Shown here one piece after another: positions 37,801-46,528 of a DNA stretch of 64,000 nucleotides (its first letter is position 1; each line of letters begins with the position of its first letter). Below the pieces are notes generated by a model. That model saw only the letters and a list, made by a program, of their open reading frames with translations. It made no database searches and was not told where the DNA came from. Both the position numbers and the translations under genes were made by a program. The stretch comes from a virus (Duplodnaviria > Caudoviricetes). The stretch is taken from positions 44,995-108,994 of the IMG/VR virus record IMGVR_UViG_2830247124_000001, one strand, 5' to 3'.

Positions 37801-40800
37801 TCGAGAAGGACAGCGGGTGGACAAAGATCCCGCAGGACTCGACTCAGGAGGCCGCCGAAGACAACCAGTACATGCAGAACGAGGGGGACCATGTGGCCAC
37901 CCCGATGAAGACCGCAGAGTCGGCAGATCCCGGCAACGCAGATGAAGCCATTACAGACGACCCGGTCGTGTACCGCTCGGCCTTGAAGGCGGCTGAGGAG
38001 AATGGCACCCCGGTGCGCGTGATAGAAAATGGGTCGGGCTCCACGACCGAAGAGGAGGTACTTGTCCTGGACGAGTCCGGACGAGAGGTTGACTCCATCA
38101 CCCGCACGGAGCTTAAAAACAACTACGGAATCACGGAAGGCACCCAGGTTGAATCCCCGTCTGACAGGAACCTCACCTCAGAGGAGATCAGCCAGATTAG
38201 CGCGGAGTTCAGCGCATTTCTCGACGAGACCGACGCCGACCTGAGCGACCCCTCCGAGGTCCAGGAGGCGTACGACGAGTACCGCAGTGGAGACGGAGAC
38301 GTCGAGGTCCAGACCCGAACCGTTTACGCGGAGACGGTCGGCGGCAAGACGGTGATCCGCCAGAACTCCTCCGACGCCGTTAGCGACGCCCGCACAAATT
38401 CGGTCACAAAGTACCGCGTGTTCAACGTCGGTGGGGCCGAGTTTATCACCCCGACGAAGCGCGGCAACAGCTACGCCGGGACGGCCCTCCTCTCCGAGTT
38501 TGGCAATGCGGACTACAGCAACCAGACGTTCGACCCGGCAGTCACAACCCCGGTCGAGCCCTACACCACCCTGATCGACGCTACTGGCCAGAGGGTAGCG
38601 ATGGGGTACGGCACCAGCATTCAGCACCTTCTCGACCAGGAGAACGGGGCGAAGCAGGCGAAGACAGTAGGCGAGTTGACGCTGACCAATGACCCGGAAA
38701 CGCGGCCTTCGGTCAAGGAACTGAAGGACGAGTACCAGCGGCAAGACAGCACAGTCTCGGAGGCTAAGGAAAAGATCGCCGAGATTGAGTCGCAGGCCAA
38801 CAACCCAGAGGAAAATAGCTCTTACCAGGAGGCGCAGGGCAGGCGGCAGGAGGCCATGGAAAACAAGAAAGCTCTGGTCGAGCACCTGGAAAACCGCATC
38901 TACGACGGAAACCGCAAGTACGAGGGACGTGGAGAGGACGTGCTCAGTGGCAGAGAAGGGCCGTCCAACACCACACGCCGGGTATCCAGTGGCCGACAGG
39001 TACTGGAAAGCCAGGAGGCTTCAGAGACCGCAGAGCGCTCCGACGCACGAGAAGAGGTGCGCCAGTTGCTTGGTGAGGAGAGTCTCGGGATGCGCCCGGA
39101 GGCTGTCCGGAAGGTCACCGAGCAGCTTCGCTCGATGTGGGCCAACATGCCGAAGGTACAGGTTCTGGGCTTCGCCTCGGAGCTACCAACGCACGTCAAG
39201 AAGAAGGCGGGCGCGAGGCTCGGCGCAGTGGAGGGACACTACGACCCGGTTTCCGGAAAGGTGTTCTTGGTTAGCAACAACCTTGCTACCGCCCAGCACG
39301 CGGCGAAGGTTGCCCTGCACGAGATCGCCGGTCACCATGGGCTCCGCAATGTCATTTCTGCGGAGCAGTTCAACCCGGTCATGAAGGAGGCATTCCGCGC
39401 ACTGGAGGGACAGGTCCTTGAGTCGGACGGCACGCTACGCCGAGCAGAATCCGGCGAGCGGGAAAGCACGCTTCTCCGGGTCGTCTCCAGGGGACGCGAC
39501 ATAGACCTCTCCACAGACGAAGGCAAGGCCGCCGCCGCAGAGGAAGCGATGGCCCGCCTTGCAGAGACCGCCCCGCAGACTACGGTTCTGGCCGACGTCT
39601 GGAACAAGATTTACCGCATGGTGCGGCGGGCAATCAGGCCGGTGGCCAACGCCGCCGGGTTCGACGAGATGACCATGTCGGACGGAGAGATCCGCTCGAT
39701 CCTGGCCAATGCGCGAGGGTCTCTCGGGACAAAGGGCACGACCTTCACCATCGGGTCGGACACGACCGCCGAGCACCCCTGGCACGAGATGGGCTTCAAA
39801 ATGTCGGGCCCGACCTACTACAGCCGCATGGCTGACGTTATCTTGAACCCGGACGACAAGGTGAACCAGAAATTCCGGAACGGCAACGAGGTCTCCCCCT
39901 CCACCATGAAGAGCCTTCTGGAGTCGGTCCAGAACGGGCGCTTCAAGAAGGCAGAGCTTGAGGCCATCGGCATCATGGACTGGCTCGATAGCCTGGAGGA
40001 AGACGTCGGTCTGGAGGATGTCCAGGAGTTTATCGAAGAGCACCAGATCCACATCGAGGAAGAGGTTGTCCTGTCGAAGGAAGAGAACCGGCTCAACCGA
40101 GCAGACCGGGCGCTGGAGGAGGCCAGACAGCAGGTCACCGACGCGGAAAACGAAGCCGAGCAGGCACAGGAAACGCTCGACAGTGAGTCCTACGAGATCA
40201 CGCAGGAGCTTATCTCAACCCTCGAAGAGGAGTTCAACACAGACCGCGCCGAGAGCGTCGGCGCAAGCCTGCAAGGGGTCGTTGACCAAGCCGTCAGCCA
40301 GAACGACCCGTCGATGATCGTTGACCTCCTGGACGACCTTGGTGACGTGAGCGATGAGGTCACCGGCCACATGATGGACATGTTCAGTCTGGTGGAAACG
40401 TACCTCGGGGCCCAGGAGAGGCTTTCTGAGGCGCGGGAGCAGATGAGCGAGGCAGAAACCGAACAGCGGCGAGCCCAGGCAAATTACGACGAAGCCGTTG
40501 AGAGGGACCGGTGGATGAACATTCAGTATTCGACCTACGGCCTCGACGGTGGAGAAAGCCCGATGAACATCGTGCTTCGCCTTCCGGATACCGTTGCCAC
40601 CCGGCGCATTGAGCGGAAGATCGCGGACATCGACGGGCGTCTCGAAGACATCGTGGACACCGACCGTGCGGACGTGACCGCCGAGGAGCAGGAAGCTCTT
40701 CAAGAGCGCTACGACCAGTTGCGCCAGGAGAAGAGAGACCTGACTCAGCAGTTGGAGAACGAGCAGTATAGCACAAGCCACTTTGAGGACAACAACGTCC

Positions 40801-43800
40801 TGGCCCACATCCGCACCAACGTCCGGGAAGTGAACGGCTTCAAAACCCTATTCGTCGAGGAGATTCAAAGCGACTGGGTACAGGACGGGAGAGACAAGGG
40901 CTTCCGGAAGACACAGATGGAGGCCGAAGAGAAGGTCAGTGAACTGATGGAAGAGCTTGACGCTTTGGAGGAAGAGCGGCGAGAGATCGTTGACAACAGC
41001 ACCTTCGAGCGCACCGACGAGCAGCAGGCCCGCCTGGACGAGAACCGCAGAAAAGAAGAGGATCTCATAAACGAGGTCCAGGAACTCAGGGACGTCGCGG
41101 AAGGAACCAGCGACAGCGTCCCGGACCTTCCGGACGTGCTGAAGCAAAACTGGTACAACTTGACCGCCAAGCGCGTGATGCTACACGCCGCGAAAAATGG
41201 GTTCGATACCGTTGCCTGGACCACCGGCGACCAGCAAGCTGACCGGTACCACCTTGGCGACCAGTTTACAGAGTTGCGTTACGAAGAGGGTCGCCTGACG
41301 GGCGTGAAGGAGTACAACGGTAATGAAATCAGATTCAACCTTGAAGAGACCGCATCAGGCATTGGGGAGCAGACCGCACTGGAAGACATCGTGGGCGAGA
41401 CCCTGGCCCAGGATCTACGACAGGAATACCAGCGCACCGGCGAGGAGGTAACGCGGTCCGGGCGCGAGGAGATCGACAACGTAGACCGGCGCAATGGGAT
41501 GCAGGAGTTCTACGACAACAAGCTCTGGAACGTCTTCTCCGACTTCACCGAGAAGTACGGCGGGCAGGCCGCACCGGCAGAGTCTGGTGAGTTTGCAGTT
41601 GGCCCGAATGGAGAAAACAACGTCCACGCCGCCACGGTCCCGGAGGAGATGAAGAACCAGCTTCCGGAGTCCGGGGTCCCGCTCTTCAGCCTCTCAAGCA
41701 GCCAAGTCACGAGCGAGAACTTCAAGGAGTGGTTCGGAGACTGGCAAAACATCGGGGAGCGCTCCAGCAGGGCCGTCGATCAGACGACCGGCGAACCGCA
41801 GGTCTATTACCACGGGACGTCACAAGACTTTGTGGAGTTTGAGAGCGAAACGGGATTGCGGTGGGCCACGCCTAGCTCCAAAAACGCACAGACCTACAGC
41901 GAACGCAGCGCAGAGAAAACAGACGGCACGGGCCAAAACATTATGCCTGTCTTCGTCAACACGAAGAACCCGCTTATGCTGATGGAGCTTGGCCACCGCG
42001 CTTCGCTTCCGGAGATCGTCGCAGAAATCAACCGGCAAACGCCCCAGGACAATAACATCATTGCGGAAACCCAGCAGAGCTACCAGGACATCCAACTTGC
42101 GATGCTGGACAACGGGATTCCCAGAGACGTTCTCTCCCAAGAGCAAATCCCCGTGTTCGCCGTGGTCGAGTCGGGGGGCATTGCCGGAACACTAAAAGTG
42201 TCGGGCTTCGACGGCATTCAGCTTACCGATATGGACAGCGACGGGATGGTCCACGAGGCAATGGCGACCTTCGAGAAGAGCCAGTTCAAGTCCGCCACCG
42301 CCAACAACGGCAACTTCTCGGACGGAGAGGGCAACATACTCAAGTCCGAAAACGCCGAAGAGGTCTCCGAGTCCACCGGCGCTTCGGATAACTTGGGCCG
42401 GGACCGCGAGGGCCCTGGCGCAGAGTCCCCGCTCAACCCCGAGACAATTGTCGGAGAGATCCGCAATATGCTCTCCCAAATGAAGGTCGTCGGCAGCGAG
42501 GCCCACGACCGGGTGAAAGACTTCTTGATCGAGCGCGGAGAGCAGGCGATGGTGGACCCCAATGGCCGGATCGTGATCGAGAGCTTCCAGGACGTCCGGA
42601 CGATCTCCGAGATGGTCGGGGAGTACCTCTACTACGAGTGGCGGGATGCCATCCAGGGGGACTTGATGGCCGCCAGTCCCGAGCAGATTAGCGCCGCCTT
42701 CGAGGAGCTTGAAAATATCGCCCGCAACATCGACCGCGTGAACGATGAGATGGACGCGGAGGCTGCCCGCACGCTTGCGTTCTCGAAGCTCTTGGGCGAC
42801 CACCTTCTTCGGGGGCGCGACACGAGCGGCGTGGCACCTGAACTCACAAAATTATTTGAGAGCTTCGCCGATAAGTACAACCTGGAGCAGAACTTCTACC
42901 ACGTCCAGGACATGTTCCTGTCGCTCGACGACCAGGGGAAGCTCGACCGGTTTGACGCGAAGGTTGCGATGACCGAAGAGAATGGTTCGATAGGCAAGGA
43001 GGTCTTCAAGGACCCGGTTGGCGCTGCGAAGGAGTGGATGCAGGAGGCCAGCAAGTGGGCCCTGAAGAAGCAGGAGCAGTGGTACGAGATGATGTACGAC
43101 CAATACTACCCGATCTACGTCATGATGAGGGACATGAACGGCGGCGCGATGCCCGACACCGTGGAAGAAAACTTCTACCTCCACGCCCGAATGCAGCACG
43201 GGGCCGAGGCTCTGGCAAAGGTATTCTTGGAGAACGGAGTCCGTACCCTCGATGGCCGGTCGCTAGGCAACAGCATGACCGACGCGCTTGCCCCCGTTTC
43301 CGAGACGCAGCGCATGTACCGAGACTTCGCCCGGTACGCCGTTGCTCGGCGAGCGAAGGAGCTTCACGAGCAGAAGCGCCGCGACGAAGACGCCGAAGGG
43401 CCGAGCCGACCCGACGACTTCGAGGTCAAGATCCCGGAGGACGAGGCCGACGCGAAGATAGAGCAGCTTTTCGCTGACGAGTCAGAGACCTTCCAGCAGG
43501 GCACCGAAAACGAGCGAAGTGGCCTTAACTACAACAAGAGCGACTTCGAGCAGGCATTCAAAGACCTCCAGGAGTACAACAGCGCCCTCCTGGACTACGC
43601 CGTAGACGAGGGCTACCTCAACGAAAACGAAGCGGACGCCATGAAGGAAATGAACAAGGCGTACGTCCCGTGGCAGCGTGTCATGGACACCGACGAGGCG
43701 AAGAAAAATGTAGACGCTGGGTCCGACGATGGGCTCGACGTCTTCGAAGGTGGGTCCAAGGACCTCGTAATTGACAACCCGCTGAAGAGCATCGTCGCCA

Positions 43801-46325
43801 ACACCCACAGCCTGCTGCGGGAGATCCACCGCAACCGGATTTACGAGGGTCTCTACAGGAACATCCCGACAAGCACAGGCGACAACGGCAGGAACAACCT
43901 CACCGGGTCTTACGCCCGAGAGGTCGCCCCGCCGGAAGAGCGCATCAACTACACGGTTGAGAGCGTCGTGCAGAAGCTCACCAACGAAGGGGTTGATGAG
44001 GAACAAGCCAAATCGGTCCGGGAGACCATTACCGACGAGAACGGAGAGCTTCTCTCGTTCTTCGTCCCGAAGAAGTTCAAGGGGTCCAATGGGTCACCAG
44101 ACGACATCGTCCGGGTCATGGTCGATGGAAAAGAGCGCTGGATGCAGGTTGAGGCCGAGTTCGAAAACGCGCTCGGGAACGGAGACACCAACGCTTCGAA
44201 GATCGCCCAGGGGCTGAATGGAGCCCCTGTTGCGGAGACGTTCAGGTCGATGGCAAACGCCTTCCGTGGGCTTGTCACATCGGAGAACCCGATCTTCGGC
44301 GCACTCAACCTATTCAGAGACCTTCCGACCAGAGCCATTCAGACATTGTCTCAAGGACCAGCCGAGGCGATGGTCGGCATGTTCGGAGCCCTGGAGATCG
44401 GTAGGAACTTGGTAAAAAAGGATAATGGTAACTACGACCAGCTTATGGAGGACTTCCTGACCAGCGGTGCAGGAATGGCCACCTTGTCGATGGTCGAGCG
44501 CCAAACCGCCCAGGACGCAGACAGCGTGCGCCGAGCCGCCGCTGGCGGAAAGAGCCAGGGAGCAGGCATACAGGACATGTTGTCCGCGTTCGAGACCTAC
44601 GCCCAGGAGAAGAAGGAGGGCGGAAACCCCTCCCTTATGAACGCGCTGAAGCAGGGCCTGGGCCGCCTCAGTCCGCGACGGGCCAGCCAAAACTTCAACA
44701 ACGCCCTAGAAAATGCCAACCGGGTCAAGGAATTCAAGGAGGTCCGGAGCAACGTGATGAAGGAGAAGGCCGCCAAGTACGCCGAGGAGAACAACGGCGC
44801 AGAGCTTGCCAACGACCAGGAGGCGTTGAGGAAGGCCAAGCGTGAGGCGGCCCTCAAGGCCGGTCTCCGGGCCCGAGAGGTCGTGATCGACTTCTCCCGT
44901 ACCGGAAGCTGGGGCCGGATTGCCAACCGCTACGTTCCCTTCTTCAACGCGGCCCTCCAGGGGTACGACGTCGTGAAGCGAACCATCCGACAAAACCCCG
45001 GTCGGGCCGCGAAGATGATCGGACTGACGCAGGTCGTCCCCTCGATATTCGTTGCCGCACTGAACGCAGGCAACAAGTATTACGAGGAAGAAGACGACTT
45101 TACGAAGGACCGGTTCTGGCTTCTGCCCAACCCTGCCGGGGACCACGACTCGGAGGGCACGGCCATGGACTTCATCCGGATTCCGAAGCCCCACATCTAC
45201 GGGGCGTTCGGCTCGGCAGTTGAGCGGTTCGTCAACTACGGAATGAAGGAAGGGCACATTAGCGAGGGAGACCTCCTCGGCCTGCTGGAAGGATTCGGCG
45301 ACCGCGTTCGGCGCGGGCAGGAGTCCGGATTCGTCCAGTCGGTTGGCGCTCAGTTGCCGTTCAACGTAGCCCGACCAATCGAAGAAGGGCCGGTCCGTGG
45401 GACGGCACTCTCCGCGATTGACTTCTTCGGTGTCCACCCACTTCTAACAGTTGGAGAGCACGCGGTCAACTACTCCGTCTTCCAGGGCCGAGAGATCGTT
45501 CCAGAGGGAGACAAGAGCCGGTTGGAGCCCTACCTCACCTATTCGGAGACTTCCTCTAAGACCGCACGAGAGGTGGCCGACGCGGCAAATCAGATGGGCG
45601 TTCAGATGTCTCCCCGAGTGGTGGACCATTACATCGACGGCCTGTTTGGCACCGGTGGACGGATTGCGGTTAGCTCCATCTCGGACAACGCACTCAACGC
45701 CACGACCGGCGCAGACTCCGACAACATCAAGACGATCAAGAACAAGGCTGTCCAGGAGCTTCAGTCCGGAGAGGCAGACCCGTCGGAGCTAAAGATGAGC
45801 TACGAAGGATACAAGCCCGACGGCAGGCGGGAGACCTCCACCCTATCGTTCCCGGACCTTGGGTTTATGATCGACCCGCTGACCAAGAGCTTCGTTGCCG
45901 GGGACCAGTTCCGTGGCAGCAAGTCGGTGTCTCGGGCCTACCGGCACGTCAACCGCGCTAAGAAGAAAGCCAGCAGCCTCGAAGACATGGTCAAGAAGGG
46001 CCGCCCGAAGAGCGAAATCCGAGAGTACATCGAGGACAACCTCCTGGCCATCCAGCTAGGTGGGGCCGGGTCTGAGGGCGGCGGCCTCGCCAGCGACGTG
46101 AGGCAGGAGCTTATGGACCTTCAGAACCAGAAGAAGAAGCTGCTCGGTGCTGGGTTCGACGAGAAGAGCGCGACTGAGAAGCTGGGAATGCTGCAAGGCA
46201 TCTGGCTCAAGCAGGTCGAGATGACCAGAGACTTCAACGAGAAGGTCAACGGCGAGATGGACAAAATCCACGAGGGCAAGATCGATACCGGCGAGATTGC
46301 CGACGACGTGGTCAGCGACCTGTAA
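31878..46325 (+). CDS. Giant polyvalent/ejection protein (4815 aa) with two zincin-like motifs, an ADP-ribosyltransferase-like domain and an LPD38-like C-terminus
   Basis: HEIVH (37110-37124); HEIAGH (39318-39335); FVEEIQSDW (~40851); FKEWFGDW...YYHGT...IMPVFVNTKNP (~41720-41970); IDFSRTG...YVPFFNAALQG...FIRIPKP (~44885-45190). Confidence 0.85.
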   Translation: MPTPNNQNSSSNQNSSTAQTDEEPSPDGGNYYGPSEDPLDELRGQNGEPTPSNSTGSSDGTKIDPANSPALYESLGVDPLDFGQEIQETDGGTERVETKPQTVDTSTDPIDRNTEQILNAAANGNMPEAPEVDVEPLERPDDSGPLHFTRKWFGEELQETMDPSNLAGFNDMSDKEVINYVAEQRPDFVERGVIDPENPKESLQNVDQYFRKRVQQRQRKTAHGTYFPELRNHLVATTGKEATEASDEKLVKMYADKHYENQGPTDVADVIDDMIADGKKRQEDMMENSDNVQRASSPKEFIDLTNKLEQHHENAEKEGFKPDMVVTYTDPDTGADLMFASPERADRYQKKMRNRSLDRVDRGPIEEFLVGATARAGIDMADLFTEIGQYGVRVANQAGAETEDTVNAMEDFQKNMQSIRQSGSVRQSDDIGDLEVYEEDDSWYMPSGGALTDANWWASTVGEVTGLSVPGIGAAGAGMKLGSKLFKGMKFFGRASRLEKIQDAGKLVNKAEVTDGMIRKAKGLEMAAKTGTAAAMYEMPLETGEALKTLYRENDNPSAGEQAIAIGSGLVSGWIGTIGDAAFADALKKSLGREFGEEIPDAAKKSATRAVMSRLGTEVKKFGGTLPVETSTEITQEVTKDVAKQFSTEGYDSFEAFWEDNREKYAEVTAGSIGLTAFMGGIGAGPSSVRAGMKGMKEHSIGVLEQMHDDEALAEYGGFGFYERRRGKGLEVRVEASRLQDKETIENVRQRFEEENVDGDVDIEVFNGTRRVEKVSGFGELLKKTPEIMRKVKRGDAVKVDGMNLSPSRIDAVEDPGTEPQTSATEGRRNQYETPLGRTYEGENAKERANEAAKHEKYEGSVIEDGGTKYLISRVRTGEDGGDPQFTGKALDGSGDTISPSEISDDQVVSWRSQTQDIDSELTQELDDVSGIDLVNPDEQTQKDVISLVDGALDRGDISEEKAEELKGKMRQYRAVQSTLGEDNQVPAVQETARETRDQLKTELDEEFKNLVEMRDSDSSDAATGEDVTTEDATTGEDVTTGEDVTTGEDVTGEDVTATDTDVGEADVEAQQDVEDPLNGIEPMGDQEAGGIDYGKGKLDEWTQENPDIESDTAEKLENASNEELETLVRSTAAFIQNRRVTGSQRDVDNVIETLKDKKDGDSAEGDFLVTQLPDAMAALRELRRRAQKEAEKQGDSTSADSNNSTSSAEDTGGTAENPGAETANQPISKQIDQTESSQRGNDIDPDPSKQTWSPADRGESGDVIYGPQDERAKIESMNPPSGGNGVSYDVTPESDANTTKTVQKSDGWTKVHPDDRGETKTNPTPSGNTGSPSVKQQVADALANFMDNTPEAVQDRRQEFSDSLPSEWSVNRVVRDANAAGTVFERQMDEGETADSPVDYWEVETPDGSFLLPQPQQGGFNEFGNVDDNAGTNNDINFGVEEDQAVSDPSSIEPVPTEDIVGTQTENTSDTQNTDEADTGDAEPQGSQSAVDNVKETFMNFLSSEDTRTKSFEEFKTFVEENLSGATAKQVEYARDKANMQVVEDADNGVPYYQVDYNGESYVFPKPLNDNELDRVGTIFDGDARSIDEITDVTPATLEGGGPLVSETGSVSTASSEASSDSGETSTEDNQTEDSGTEDTGDTSQDTDQDTDQDTETDDTETDTEGDTFEERESFTDFAEELGLGDRYGFLHKIADNLNPLTVRLADESEFSADTTNAVYDPESRTIYVKRGRSAEEVNETLAHEIVHAIAVAEGAYNTSKVKKEAKTIASDVVAKLEERAKEVAERDNIESLDEGQTLLGKAERHLNGIARKVASGEMDFSEMFTYALTDPDIAAVLDSLPAERDVSTSDTMWTKMKNIIKDAIASVASKSRFVGEDVGPSELDRVESLLNINELAPDGALENESFKQELDRKQRKRKRRVEDGRVSQSAADQTWSTSDEDILFGPDGQRGTVQKSAFGTFDVLTESNGLVKVEKDSGWTKIPQDSTQEAAEDNQYMQNEGDHVATPMKTAESADPGNADEAITDDPVVYRSALKAAEENGTPVRVIENGSGSTTEEEVLVLDESGREVDSITRTELKNNYGITEGTQVESPSDRNLTSEEISQISAEFSAFLDETDADLSDPSEVQEAYDEYRSGDGDVEVQTRTVYAETVGGKTVIRQNSSDAVSDARTNSVTKYRVFNVGGAEFITPTKRGNSYAGTALLSEFGNADYSNQTFDPAVTTPVEPYTTLIDATGQRVAMGYGTSIQHLLDQENGAKQAKTVGELTLTNDPETRPSVKELKDEYQRQDSTVSEAKEKIAEIESQANNPEENSSYQEAQGRRQEAMENKKALVEHLENRIYDGNRKYEGRGEDVLSGREGPSNTTRRVSSGRQVLESQEASETAERSDAREEVRQLLGEESLGMRPEAVRKVTEQLRSMWANMPKVQVLGFASELPTHVKKKAGARLGAVEGHYDPVSGKVFLVSNNLATAQHAAKVALHEIAGHHGLRNVISAEQFNPVMKEAFRALEGQVLESDGTLRRAESGERESTLLRVVSRGRDIDLSTDEGKAAAAEEAMARLAETAPQTTVLADVWNKIYRMVRRAIRPVANAAGFDEMTMSDGEIRSILANARGSLGTKGTTFTIGSDTTAEHPWHEMGFKMSGPTYYSRMADVILNPDDKVNQKFRNGNEVSPSTMKSLLESVQNGRFKKAELEAIGIMDWLDSLEEDVGLEDVQEFIEEHQIHIEEEVVLSKEENRLNRADRALEEARQQVTDAENEAEQAQETLDSESYEITQELISTLEEEFNTDRAESVGASLQGVVDQAVSQNDPSMIVDLLDDLGDVSDEVTGHMMDMFSLVETYLGAQERLSEAREQMSEAETEQRRAQANYDEAVERDRWMNIQYSTYGLDGGESPMNIVLRLPDTVATRRIERKIADIDGRLEDIVDTDRADVTAEEQEALQERYDQLRQEKRDLTQQLENEQYSTSHFEDNNVLAHIRTNVREVNGFKTLFVEEIQSDWVQDGRDKGFRKTQMEAEEKVSELMEELDALEEERREIVDNSTFERTDEQQARLDENRRKEEDLINEVQELRDVAEGTSDSVPDLPDVLKQNWYNLTAKRVMLHAAKNGFDTVAWTTGDQQADRYHLGDQFTELRYEEGRLTGVKEYNGNEIRFNLEETASGIGEQTALEDIVGETLAQDLRQEYQRTGEEVTRSGREEIDNVDRRNGMQEFYDNKLWNVFSDFTEKYGGQAAPAESGEFAVGPNGENNVHAATVPEEMKNQLPESGVPLFSLSSSQVTSENFKEWFGDWQNIGERSSRAVDQTTGEPQVYYHGTSQDFVEFESETGLRWATPSSKNAQTYSERSAEKTDGTGQNIMPVFVNTKNPLMLMELGHRASLPEIVAEINRQTPQDNNIIAETQQSYQDIQLAMLDNGIPRDVLSQEQIPVFAVVESGGIAGTLKVSGFDGIQLTDMDSDGMVHEAMATFEKSQFKSATANNGNFSDGEGNILKSENAEEVSESTGASDNLGRDREGPGAESPLNPETIVGEIRNMLSQMKVVGSEAHDRVKDFLIERGEQAMVDPNGRIVIESFQDVRTISEMVGEYLYYEWRDAIQGDLMAASPEQISAAFEELENIARNIDRVNDEMDAEAARTLAFSKLLGDHLLRGRDTSGVAPELTKLFESFADKYNLEQNFYHVQDMFLSLDDQGKLDRFDAKVAMTEENGSIGKEVFKDPVGAAKEWMQEASKWALKKQEQWYEMMYDQYYPIYVMMRDMNGGAMPDTVEENFYLHARMQHGAEALAKVFLENGVRTLDGRSLGNSMTDALAPVSETQRMYRDFARYAVARRAKELHEQKRRDEDAEGPSRPDDFEVKIPEDEADAKIEQLFADESETFQQGTENERSGLNYNKSDFEQAFKDLQEYNSALLDYAVDEGYLNENEADAMKEMNKAYVPWQRVMDTDEAKKNVDAGSDDGLDVFEGGSKDLVIDNPLKSIVANTHSLLREIHRNRIYEGLYRNIPTSTGDNGRNNLTGSYAREVAPPEERINYTVESVVQKLTNEGVDEEQAKSVRETITDENGELLSFFVPKKFKGSNGSPDDIVRVMVDGKERWMQVEAEFENALGNGDTNASKIAQGLNGAPVAETFRSMANAFRGLVTSENPIFGALNLFRDLPTRAIQTLSQGPAEAMVGMFGALEIGRNLVKKDNGNYDQLMEDFLTSGAGMATLSMVERQTAQDADSVRRAAAGGKSQGAGIQDMLSAFETYAQEKKEGGNPSLMNALKQGLGRLSPRRASQNFNNALENANRVKEFKEVRSNVMKEKAAKYAEENNGAELANDQEALRKAKREAALKAGLRAREVVIDFSRTGSWGRIANRYVPFFNAALQGYDVVKRTIRQNPGRAAKMIGLTQVVPSIFVAALNAGNKYYEEEDDFTKDRFWLLPNPAGDHDSEGTAMDFIRIPKPHIYGAFGSAVERFVNYGMKEGHISEGDLLGLLEGFGDRVRRGQESGFVQSVGAQLPFNVARPIEEGPVRGTALSAIDFFGVHPLLTVGEHAVNYSVFQGREIVPEGDKSRLEPYLTYSETSSKTAREVADAANQMGVQMSPRVVDHYIDGLFGTGGRIAVSSISDNALNATTGADSDNIKTIKNKAVQELQSGEADPSELKMSYEGYKPDGRRETSTLSFPDLGFMIDPLTKSFVAGDQFRGSKSVSRAYRHVNRAKKKASSLEDMVKKGRPKSEIREYIEDNLLAIQLGGAGSEGGGLASDVRQELMDLQNQKKKLLGAGFDEKSATEKLGMLQGIWLKQVEMTRDFNEKVNGEMDKIHEGKIDTGEIADDVVSDL
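34942..35050 (+). repeat. In-frame tandem repeats encoding (T)TGEDV
   Basis: ATGEDVTTEDATTGEDVTTGEDVTTGEDVTGEDVT; 15-18-nt degenerate units. Confidence 0.85.
42844..42859. promoter_or_regulatory. 16-bp palindromic motif, copy 6, intragenic (TCACAAAATTATTTGA)
   Basis: Embedded in the giant CDS using AT-rich codons ACA AAA TTA TTT. Confidence 0.6.
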
Positions 46326-46352
46326 ATCAGCGACCGGCAAAGACGTTACATA

Positions 46353-46457
46353 CGAAATTTCCCACCCACGCCTTGGTAGCCGCAGAATGATGTCAAGGGG
46401 TTGGCACTGCGGCTACCTGGGACCGGTGGGATTCGGATCACTCAGGCCCCGAGCCTG
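46353..46457 (+). other. Long rod-like hairpin in intergenic region
   Basis: Perfect 11-bp GGTAGCCGCAG/CTGCGGCTACC, inner TGTCAA/TTGGCA, outer TCCCAC/GTGGGA, then CAGGC/GCCTG. Confidence 0.55.
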
Positions 46458-46528
46458 TACAATTTAACAAGATGGAATTCTAACAACGACCTCCAGTTAC
46501 GGGATGTTATGTTCAGTCGTACTCACTC

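Noticed and set aside
31878-46325. Giant protein as a virion RNA polymerase (N4- or crAss-like)
   Set aside because: I found no convincing polymerase catalytic motif. DMDSDG lies within the ART-like block, and the recognisable motifs are polyvalent-protein types. A profile search is needed to exclude it fully.
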